Below are positions 26,063 to 33,854 of a DNA stretch of 64,000 nucleotides, in pieces. Below the pieces are notes generated by a model that saw only the letters and a program-made list of their open reading frames with translations, had not been told where the DNA came from and made no database searches. The position numbers and the translations under genes were made by a program. The stretch lies in the NCBI GenBank assembly GCA_003567205.1, contig PXAA01000046.1, positions 1,403 through 65,402 on the forward strand, read 5' to 3'. The stretch's first letter is position 1. Every line of letters starts with the position of its first letter. This DNA is from Bacteroidales bacterium (GTDB lineage: Bacteria > Bacteroidota > Bacteroidia > Bacteroidales > UBA7960).

Positions 26063-27796
26063 ATGGAATTCCAGATTAAAATAAACAATAAACAAATCCG
26101 GGTACAGGAGGGGGAGACCTTGTTGTCTGCACTGCGCAGAAATGCATTCCGGATCCCCACCTTATGTCATATGAACCGTTTTTCGCCATCGGGTGCTTGT
26201 CGTTTGTGTGTGGTGGAGGTAGAGGGGAAGCGTGATCTGATTACATCATGTTCCCATCCCGTGGAACAGGGCATGCGAGTCAGGACCAATTCGCAGCGCG
26301 TGATACGGGCCCGCAAATCACTGGTGGAACTTTTGTTGTCGAATCATCCGGACGACTGCCTTTATTGCCAACGCAACGGCCACTGCGAGCTCCAGTGGCT
26401 GGCCGAAGAAATGAATGTGAAGGAACGCAGGTTTTTTGGGAAAAAGAATACCTGGTATCCTGATTATTCAAGTACCAGTGTGGCCCGGGACCCGGCAAAA
26501 TGCGTGCTTTGCAGCCGTTGTGTCCGCATATGTGAAGAGGTGCAGCTGGTTACAGCCATTGACTTTATTTCGCGCGGCAACCAGACCCGGGTGAACAGTG
26601 CCTTCAACAAAGGCCTGAACGAATCGAGCTGTATTCATTGTGGGCAGTGCATCCAGGTTTGCCCTACGGCCGCCCTTCTGGATATTTCGCATGTGGAAAA
26701 AGTGCAGGCGGCCCTGGGCAAAGAAAGCCAGCAGGTAATCTTTTCAATCAGCCCTTCTGTGGTGGCTTCGGTAACAGATAAACTGGGGTTTAAATCCAAA
26801 GCAAAAGCCATGGATCGCATTGCTGCAGCTCTGAACAGATGTGGGGCATCGAAGGTTTTTGACCTGGGTATAGCCTATGACGTCAATGTACTTGAGGATG
26901 CCCGCATACTGGCCGACAGGCTGGCAGGTAACGGTAACGGTAACGGTAACGGTGCCCTTCCCCTGATGTCGTCCTGTTGCCCTTCCTGGGTAAAATATGT
27001 GCAATCATTCCGGCCAGGCAGCCTTGCGCATTTGTCGGGGGCTAAGTCGCCGCAACAAATCTTCGGTACTTTGGTCAAAACAGTGTATGCCGAACAAGAA
27101 GGCATTGCACGGGATTCGATCTTTTCGGTGACGGTCATGCCCTGTGTGGCCGAAAAATACGAAGCCTCTTTGGAAGAAAATACCCACAAAGGGGTTTCAG
27201 AAGTGGATGCTGTTTTGACGGTGCGGGAATTTTTTCAGCTCCTGAGGGGTTCCGGACTGGATATTGCCCAAATGGAAGAAGAAGCGCCCGACGGACCCTA
27301 TAATACAAGTTCAGCTGCTGCCTGGAAGGCCGGATATTCCGGGGGCAAGGCCGAGGCGGTTGCCCGTGAATTGTTCCGGATGTTGGCCGATCCGAAAAAA
27401 GAGCGTTTTAAATTCAATTTGCCCAAGAATATATCGGGGCGCCGTGAAATAAAGGTGCCCATTGGGGGACGGGAAATCGGCTTTGCCTGGGTGAGCAGTA
27501 TTGTCGAAGCAGAAGACTATATCATGCACCTGGAAGAAGAAAAAAGGGATGACATACACTATATTGAGGTAATGGCCTGTTTGGGTGGTTGTGTCGGTGG
27601 TGGCGGACAACCCGTCAACCGTGGTTTTGAGAATGTAAAATCGCGCAAACGAATATGTGTGGAAATGGAAAAAAACGCACTGTTTAAACTCCCTGTAGAC
27701 AATCCTGGTATTAAACCCTTATACAAGGGGAAACGCCTGCTGCCTGATAACCCCACAGCCCTTGAATGGCTGGGCAACCGGTTCATGGAAAAATAA
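26063..27796 (+). CDS. hydA: Electron-bifurcating-type [FeFe]-hydrogenase catalytic subunit
   Basis: N-terminal plant-type [2Fe-2S] (CRLCVVEV), His-ligated and 2x[4Fe-4S] domains. H-cluster motifs: L1 SSCCPSW, L2 MPCVAEKYE, L3 EVMACLGGCVGGGGQP. Confidence 0.93.
   Translation: MEFQIKINNKQIRVQEGETLLSALRRNAFRIPTLCHMNRFSPSGACRLCVVEVEGKRDLITSCSHPVEQGMRVRTNSQRVIRARKSLVELLLSNHPDDCLYCQRNGHCELQWLAEEMNVKERRFFGKKNTWYPDYSSTSVARDPAKCVLCSRCVRICEEVQLVTAIDFISRGNQTRVNSAFNKGLNESSCIHCGQCIQVCPTAALLDISHVEKVQAALGKESQQVIFSISPSVVASVTDKLGFKSKAKAMDRIAAALNRCGASKVFDLGIAYDVNVLEDARILADRLAGNGNGNGNGALPLMSSCCPSWVKYVQSFRPGSLAHLSGAKSPQQIFGTLVKTVYAEQEGIARDSIFSVTVMPCVAEKYEASLEENTHKGVSEVDAVLTVREFFQLLRGSGLDIAQMEEEAPDGPYNTSSAAAWKAGYSGGKAEAVARELFRMLADPKKERFKFNLPKNISGRREIKVPIGGREIGFAWVSSIVEAEDYIMHLEEEKRDDIHYIEVMACLGGCVGGGGQPVNRGFENVKSRKRICVEMEKNALFKLPVDNPGIKPLYKGKRLLPDNPTALEWLGNRFMEK
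26927..26953 (+). repeat. Perfect (GGTAAC)4-GGT microsatellite inside hydA, encoding GNGNGNGNG
   Basis: Read directly. In frame, and ends 7 codons before the L1 motif (ALPLMSSCCPSW). Confidence 0.95.
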
Positions 27797-27805
27797 ATTT
27801 TGAAT

Positions 27806-29854
27806 ATGTCTGAGAAGAATAAGGAAATCATATATACCGTAAAGGATCGCTGCAAGGTTTGCTATACATGTGTTCGCGAATGCCCTGCCAGGGCCATCCG
27901 TATAATGAACGGCCAGGCTGAGATCATTCCAGACAGGTGCATTGCCTGTGGTAATTGCATCCGGGTGTGCAGCCGCGATGCAAAAATGTTTGCTTTCTCT
28001 ATTGATAAAGTAAAGACCCTGCTCAACGGTCAACAGAAAGTGGCCGCTATTGTAGCACCAAGCATTGCGGGCGAGTTTACTGATATCAAAGATTACCGGC
28101 ATTTTGTGGGCATGATCAAGGCGCTGGGTTTTGATTATGTCAATGAGGTGGCCTTCGGAGCTGAACTTATTGCAAACAAATACAAGGAGTTGCTGGAATC
28201 CGGGCCCAAACGCCCGTTGATTTCCACATCCTGTCCGGCTATTGTAAGCTATGTAGAGAAGCATCACCCACAGATCATCGATTCGTTGATGCCGGTGGTT
28301 TCGCCCATGATCGCTACGGCCAGGGTATTGAAGGAAAAACACGGCGATGGGCTTAAAATTGTGTTTATCGGGCCCTGTATTGCCAAAAAGGTGGAGGCGG
28401 CTGAGGACCAGTTCAGGGGATTGATTGACGAAGTGATCTCTTTTGTTGAACTGCGTCGCATGTTTGCCGAGAAGGGTCTGGATGAGAGCAAGGTACAGCC
28501 CCACGAGTTTGATCCGCCTGTGGCTGGTAAAGGCGCCATCTTTCCCATTAGCGGGGGTATGCTGCAAACCGTCGACCTGGAAGAAGATTTTGTAAAGGGG
28601 GATATTGTGGTGGCCGAGGGCAGGCACGACATCATTGAGGTGCTGCGTGAATTTGAGGAGGGCTACCTGGAAGCCAAAATGTTTGACCTGCTATGCTGCA
28701 ATGGCTGTATCAACGGGCCAGGTATGAGTAATAAGCATAAATTTTTCTATAAACGAAAGAACATTTCCAACTTTGCCAAAAGGCGTTACGATCTGATAGA
28801 TCTGGAGCAATGGCAGAACGATCTGAACATTTACCTGCAATTGAAGCTCGACCGCAGTTTTGAGGCCGATGACCAGCGTTTCCCCAGCCTGCCAAATGAT
28901 GAGGAGATCCGTGAGGTCCTGAGAAGGTTTGGCAAAAAGGAGGCAGAAGACGAGCTCAACTGCGGGGCTTGCGGCTACGACACCTGTTATGAGCATGCCA
29001 TGGCCATTTTGCAGGGCTTGGCCGAATCGGAAATGTGCCTGCCCTACACCATAGATAAACTGCATGAATACATCGCGGAACTGGATGTATCAAACAAGAA
29101 GCTGGCTTCTACGCAGGCCGCACTGAAGCAAAGTGAAAAACTGGCCTCCATGGGACAGCTGGCGGCCGGCATAGCCCATGAGGTGAATAATCCGCTGGGG
29201 GTTGTTATCATGTATAGCCATATTTTGCTGGATGAAATGGATCCATCCCTGCCCCTGTACCGCGACCTGAAAATAATTGTGGAACAGGCCGACCGGTGCA
29301 AAAAGATTGTTGGTGGCCTGTTGAACTTCGCCCGGAAAAGCAAGCTGACCATTGATATGATTAGCGTTAAAAAATTGATTAATAATGGGTTAAAGGCAAT
29401 AGTGTTGCCGGGGAATGTGGACCTGGACATCCGGATCAATACCCAGAACCCCATGTTTGAATGCGACCATGACCAGATGGTGCAGGTATTCGCCAATTTG
29501 TTTAAAAATGCCGTAGATGCGATGCCGGAAGGAGGAAAGCTTGTAGTTGCAGTGGATGAAAAAAAGGGGGGAGATACCCTGGAATTCCGTATTGCAGATA
29601 CCGGGACAGGCATTTCGAAAGAAAATATAGACCGTATGTTTGAGCCTTTCTTTACAACAAAGGAAACAGGGCAGGGGACCGGGCTCGGACTGCCGATTAT
29701 TTATGGCATCATCAAGATGCACCGCGGCAATATCAGGGTAGACTCCAACAATGATGCGGCCAAAGGCCCTACCGGATCCACTTTTTTTGTGAGCCTGCCG
29801 CGAAAATCTGATGAAAAACAAAAAACAAAACCGGATGAGGCGCTTATCCGCTAA
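27806..29854 (+). CDS. Sensor-type [FeFe]-hydrogenase domain fused to a HisKA/HATPase histidine kinase
   Basis: 2x CxxCxxCxxxC ferredoxin motifs. H-domain: L1 STSCPA, L2 GPCIAKKVE, L3 LLCCNGCINGPG. Then CGACGYDTC-x16-C, a coiled coil, H-box AAGIAHEVNNPLG, N-box NLFKNAVDAM, G1 DTGTGI and G2 GQGTGLGL. Starts 9 nt after the hydA stop. Confidence 0.88.
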   Translation: MSEKNKEIIYTVKDRCKVCYTCVRECPARAIRIMNGQAEIIPDRCIACGNCIRVCSRDAKMFAFSIDKVKTLLNGQQKVAAIVAPSIAGEFTDIKDYRHFVGMIKALGFDYVNEVAFGAELIANKYKELLESGPKRPLISTSCPAIVSYVEKHHPQIIDSLMPVVSPMIATARVLKEKHGDGLKIVFIGPCIAKKVEAAEDQFRGLIDEVISFVELRRMFAEKGLDESKVQPHEFDPPVAGKGAIFPISGGMLQTVDLEEDFVKGDIVVAEGRHDIIEVLREFEEGYLEAKMFDLLCCNGCINGPGMSNKHKFFYKRKNISNFAKRRYDLIDLEQWQNDLNIYLQLKLDRSFEADDQRFPSLPNDEEIREVLRRFGKKEAEDELNCGACGYDTCYEHAMAILQGLAESEMCLPYTIDKLHEYIAELDVSNKKLASTQAALKQSEKLASMGQLAAGIAHEVNNPLGVVIMYSHILLDEMDPSLPLYRDLKIIVEQADRCKKIVGGLLNFARKSKLTIDMISVKKLINNGLKAIVLPGNVDLDIRINTQNPMFECDHDQMVQVFANLFKNAVDAMPEGGKLVVAVDEKKGGDTLEFRIADTGTGISKENIDRMFEPFFTTKETGQGTGLGLPIIYGIIKMHRGNIRVDSNNDAAKGPTGSTFFVSLPRKSDEKQKTKPDEALIR

Positions 29855-29865
29855 AAAATACAGAT

Positions 29866-30264
29866 ATGCTTAAAAAAGAAAAAAAGACCATTCTGATTGT
29901 TGACGACGATGCCGATTACCTGTTTCAGCTCAGGCACGGAGTAAAGGATATGGGCTTTGAGGTGATGTCGGCGGGTACACAAAAAGAGGCCGAAGACATT
30001 ATCCGGCGCATGCGGCCCGATTTGGCCATCCTGGATCTGATGATGGAAAACCAGGACACGGGCTTTATCCTTTGCCACAAGATCAAGAGCAGGTATCCTG
30101 ATTTGCCCATCATTATAGTATCTGCCGTAACAGCCGAAACGGGCATGCTCTTTGATGTCACCACAGAGGAAGAACAGGACTGGATTAAGGCAGACCTGTT
30201 CCTGGACAAGGGCATCCGGATGGATCAGCTGAATAAGGAGATCAATAAATTGCTAAAACTCTGA
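29866..30264 (+). CDS. Stand-alone response-regulator receiver (CheY-like)
   Basis: 132 aa with ILIVDDD...PDLAILDLMM...IIIVSA...K, giving the acidic pocket, phospho-acceptor Asp, Ser/Thr and Lys positions of REC. No output domain. Confidence 0.9.
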   Translation: MLKKEKKTILIVDDDADYLFQLRHGVKDMGFEVMSAGTQKEAEDIIRRMRPDLAILDLMMENQDTGFILCHKIKSRYPDLPIIIVSAVTAETGMLFDVTTEEEQDWIKADLFLDKGIRMDQLNKEINKLLKL

Positions 30265-30268
30265 TGCA

Positions 30269-31393
30269 ATGGAAACTTTAAACCTCCTGGTGGTTGACGA
30301 CGAACCAGGCATCCGTAGCGGTGTTTGCCGGATTCTGGAGAATTACGCCGTGAGCTATCCATTCATGGACGAGGATATCGGGTTCTGCATAGAGACCGCC
30401 GAAACCGGTGAGGAAGCCCTTGAAATCCTTAAGAAAAAGCCCATGGATATCGTGTTGCTCGACAACAAACTTCCGGGAATACAGGGGATAGATGTGCTGG
30501 AATACATCAACCAGCAGAACATGGACCTGGTGGTGGTTATGATCACCTCCTACGCTTCCCTTGAACTGGCCGTTAAAGCCACTCGTCAGGGGGCCTACGA
30601 TTTTGTTCCCAAACCCTTCACGCCCAAGGAGCTGCGCGCATCCGTCGAGACCATAACCAAACAACGTTTCCTGCAGCGCATGACACAGAAAATGAATGTA
30701 GAAGGGCGCCAGGTTCGTTTTCAGTTTCTTTCGGTCCTGTCGCACGAGCTCAAAGCGCCGATCAATGCCGTGGAAGGATACCTGGATATGATGCAGAATA
30801 AAAAGTTTGGCGATCAAATGGATGCCTACAGGGAGATTATTGACCGGTCTTTGCACCGGATACAGGGAATGCGCAACCTGATCATGGATATGCTCGACTT
30901 TACGCGCATCGAAAGCGGAAAGAAAAAACGCAAACTGGAAATGATCAACCTGTGCGAGATTGCACAGCAATGCATAGACTCCTTTCAGCCACTGGCCATC
31001 CAGAAAGATGTGGATGTATATTTGAATTGCAGCGAAAAGATCGCCCTGCAGGCCGACAGCCAGGAAATGGAGATCATTCTGAATAACCTGGTATCCAACG
31101 CCATCAAATACAACAAGCAGGGTGGAAGGGTCGATGTAAATATCAGAAAGGAAAACGGACGGCTGATGCTGAGTGTCGAAGATACCGGCATTGGGATGAA
31201 ATTGGAGGATACCAAAAAACTTTTTGATGATTTTGTCCGGATTAAAAGTGAACATACCAAACATATCAGCGGCAGCGGGCTGGGCTTGTCGATCGTTAAA
31301 AAGCTGCTAGACCTTTATGACGCAAGCATAGAGGTGGACAGTGTGCCTGACCAGGGAAGCTGCTTTACCATCATGTTTAAACGTAATGATTGA
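30269..31393 (+). CDS. Hybrid receiver-histidine kinase (REC-HisKA-HATPase)
   Basis: N-terminal REC (LLVVDDEP...DIVLLDNKLPG...KP). H-box LSVLSHELKAPIN, N-box NLVSNAIKYN, G1 DTGIGM and G2 GSGLGLSI. Confidence 0.9.
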   Translation: METLNLLVVDDEPGIRSGVCRILENYAVSYPFMDEDIGFCIETAETGEEALEILKKKPMDIVLLDNKLPGIQGIDVLEYINQQNMDLVVVMITSYASLELAVKATRQGAYDFVPKPFTPKELRASVETITKQRFLQRMTQKMNVEGRQVRFQFLSVLSHELKAPINAVEGYLDMMQNKKFGDQMDAYREIIDRSLHRIQGMRNLIMDMLDFTRIESGKKKRKLEMINLCEIAQQCIDSFQPLAIQKDVDVYLNCSEKIALQADSQEMEIILNNLVSNAIKYNKQGGRVDVNIRKENGRLMLSVEDTGIGMKLEDTKKLFDDFVRIKSEHTKHISGSGLGLSIVKKLLDLYDASIEVDSVPDQGSCFTIMFKRND

Positions 31394-31416
31394 CCCATTT
31401 TATACATTATAATCCC

Positions 31417-32046
31417 ATGGCAAAAAACACCTATCTTGAGTTACCAGGTAAAACGGTTGAACGCCTGAGCCAATACAGGCGGATTTTATACAACAGCATC
31501 AATGAAGGCAAAACGAACATTTACTCCCATGAACTGGCAAAAATGATGAACCTGACACCTGTACAGGTTCGCAGGGACCTGATGCTCATCGGCTATTCAG
31601 GAAGCCAGAGCAAGGGTTATGTGATCAAGGACTTGGTGGCGCTGATTGGCAAGATTATTGACAGTGACGAGGGCCAGGACATCATTCTGGTGGGGATGGG
31701 CAACCTGGGCCGGGCCATTACCAGTTATTTTACGGGCAAAAGAGACAAATTGTCCATTGCAGCCGTCTTTGACAATGATCTGCAAAAGACAGACCGCATC
31801 ATAGCCGGCATCCCGTGTCACCACATCAGCCACATCAAGGAATTTGTTGCAAAAGAAAATATTCAAATTGCTGTATTAACGGTTTCTCCCGAAGCCACCT
31901 ATGAAGTGGCAAAAATGCTGCTGGATGCAGGGATTAAGGGAATATTGAATTATACATCGGTGCCGCTTACCGTGCCTGAAGGCATTCACCTGGAAGAATA
32001 CGATATTGTGACATCACTTGAAAAACTGGCTTATCTTGTCAAATGA
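31417..32046 (+). CDS. rex: Redox-sensing (NADH/NAD+) transcriptional repressor
   Basis: ATG at 31417. Winged-helix N-terminus (GKTVERLSQYRRIL...SHELAKMMNLTPVQVRRDL) plus a Rossmann GxGxxG (ILVGMGNLGRAI), collinear with Rex. Confidence 0.9.
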   Translation: MAKNTYLELPGKTVERLSQYRRILYNSINEGKTNIYSHELAKMMNLTPVQVRRDLMLIGYSGSQSKGYVIKDLVALIGKIIDSDEGQDIILVGMGNLGRAITSYFTGKRDKLSIAAVFDNDLQKTDRIIAGIPCHHISHIKEFVAKENIQIAVLTVSPEATYEVAKMLLDAGIKGILNYTSVPLTVPEGIHLEEYDIVTSLEKLAYLVK

Positions 32047-32963
32047 GGGTATATTATCATACAGCCGAAGCGGCAGGAAAAATCAACAGGGCGGTGGTCA
32101 CCACCGGAAGCTTTGATGGGGTCCACATAGGGCATAAGTTGATTATTAACAGGTTAAACGAAATTGCCAGGGAAATAGGGGGGGAGTCTGCGCTCATCAC
32201 CTTTTATCCCCATCCACGCAAGGTTTTGTATCCCGACCAGGAGAATCTGAAAATGATCAACTCCCAGGAAGAAAAGATTGAACTGCTGCGCAAGGCCGGG
32301 CTGGAAAACCTGATCATTATCCCCTTTTCGCTGGAGTTTTCAAAAACCACATCCCGCGATTTTGCCGTCAATATGCTGATCGGACACCTGGGCGCCAGGG
32401 TAGTGGTTGTGGGCCATAACCATCATTTCGGATATGCCAGGAAGGGCGATTATTCTTACCTGCATCGCCTGAGCCGCGATATGGGATTTGGTGTGGAAGA
32501 GATTCCCCTGCAGATGATAGAGAATGAAACGGTTAGCTCCACCAAGATCAGGAAAGCCTTGTCGGAAGGCAACATTCAACGGGCCAATGCATACCTGGAT
32601 CATCAGTATATCATTAAGGGCAGTTTGTATAAAGGCACCCTGGCAGAAGGCCCGGTTTCCGGACAGGTAGCGGGTAGCACCATTGATACCGGGGAAAAAC
32701 TCGTGCCGCCCCCGGGCATTTACGCTACCAACCTGGTGTCAGGGGGTGTTTGGATGAAATCCATGACCCTTATTACCCAATGTGCCGAAAACCTGCCGCA
32801 GGTCGAAAGTATATTGCTGTACGACAAATTAGAGCCGGAGGCCTTGCAGGGGACATTGTATTTTTATAAACGTGTCTGGGACGGCGATCCCGTCAATAAT
32901 GGCCAGACCGACAGGGGAGCCCTGGATGAAGCCAGGGACCTGGTTGAAGAATTGATCTATTAA
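32043..32963 (+). CDS. ribF: FAD synthetase (FMN adenylyltransferase) with divergent riboflavin-kinase-like C-terminal half
   Basis: N-terminal GSFDGVHIGH and SSTKIR nucleotidyltransferase motifs are intact. The C-terminal half aligns in length to the RFK module but lacks the G-x-P-T-A-N motif. ATGA overlap with rex. Confidence 0.8.
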   Translation: MRVYYHTAEAAGKINRAVVTTGSFDGVHIGHKLIINRLNEIAREIGGESALITFYPHPRKVLYPDQENLKMINSQEEKIELLRKAGLENLIIIPFSLEFSKTTSRDFAVNMLIGHLGARVVVVGHNHHFGYARKGDYSYLHRLSRDMGFGVEEIPLQMIENETVSSTKIRKALSEGNIQRANAYLDHQYIIKGSLYKGTLAEGPVSGQVAGSTIDTGEKLVPPPGIYATNLVSGGVWMKSMTLITQCAENLPQVESILLYDKLEPEALQGTLYFYKRVWDGDPVNNGQTDRGALDEARDLVEELIY

Positions 32964-32990
32964 TCTTTTTTTATCGGACATTCCAAACAT

Positions 32991-33770
32991 ATGCCTTATC
33001 ATAAACCAATGACCATCACTTTTCTCGGAACCGGCACTTCTACGGGTGTGCCCGTGGTCGCTTGTGACTGCCGGGTCTGCACCAGTGATGATCCGCGCGA
33101 CCGCAGGCTGAGGACTTCCGTTATGGTGGAGGTGGACGGGAACCATTATGTGATCGATTGTGGCCCTGATTTTCGCTACCAGATGATCAGGGAAAAGGTA
33201 GAGGATATCGCTGCCATCCTTTTTACCCACGGACACCGCGACCATATTGCAGGTCTGGATGATGTACGTGCCTTTAATTATGTTTTGAACAAAACAGTAG
33301 ACATTTATGCCAGCGACACGGTTGTAGACAGCATCAACAAGGAGTTCCCCTACATTTTAAAGGAGAAACGTTTTTTCGGTGCCCCGCAACTGCATTTTCA
33401 CATTATTGACAACAAGCCTTTTACCATCAATGGCGTGTTGTTCACCCCCATTGAATTAGTGCACCATAAGATGCCGGTGTTTGGCTTCCGGGTGGGCGAT
33501 TTCACTTATATTACCGATGCCAGCCATATTCCAGAAGAAGAAAAAGGGAAAATCAAAGGCAGTAGCGTCTTGGTAATCAATGCGCTCAGAAAGTCAAAGC
33601 ATATCTCCCACTTTTCGCTCGATGAAGCATTGCAGGTGATCGGAGAGGTCAATCCGAAGCAGGCCTATATTACCCACCTGAGCCATTTTATGGGTATTCA
33701 TGAGGAGGTAAGCCGGGATCTGCCTGATAATGTTTTTCTGGCCCATGACGGTTTGGAAATACGCATATGA
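32991..33770 (+). CDS. MBL-fold metallo-hydrolase (PhnP/beta-CASP-less type)
   Basis: ITFLGTGTSTGVP and FTHGHRDHIAG (HxHxDH). 259 aa. Confidence 0.8.
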   Translation: MPYHKPMTITFLGTGTSTGVPVVACDCRVCTSDDPRDRRLRTSVMVEVDGNHYVIDCGPDFRYQMIREKVEDIAAILFTHGHRDHIAGLDDVRAFNYVLNKTVDIYASDTVVDSINKEFPYILKEKRFFGAPQLHFHIIDNKPFTINGVLFTPIELVHHKMPVFGFRVGDFTYITDASHIPEEEKGKIKGSSVLVINALRKSKHISHFSLDEALQVIGEVNPKQAYITHLSHFMGIHEEVSRDLPDNVFLAHDGLEIRI

Positions 33771-33820
33771 TTCTTTCCGGTATTTTAGCATTTAAATTAC
33801 TTTTTTGTTTAAATATTGTC

Positions 33821-33828
33821 TATTTTTG
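33821..33828 (+). promoter_or_regulatory. Candidate -7 promoter element for hydG
   Basis: TATTTTTG is a perfect TAnnTTTG, 27 nt upstream of the hydG ATG, in the only sizeable gap (84 nt) of this gene string. Confidence 0.4.
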
Positions 33829-33854
33829 TATTGGCTATCGCAAATGATTAAATA

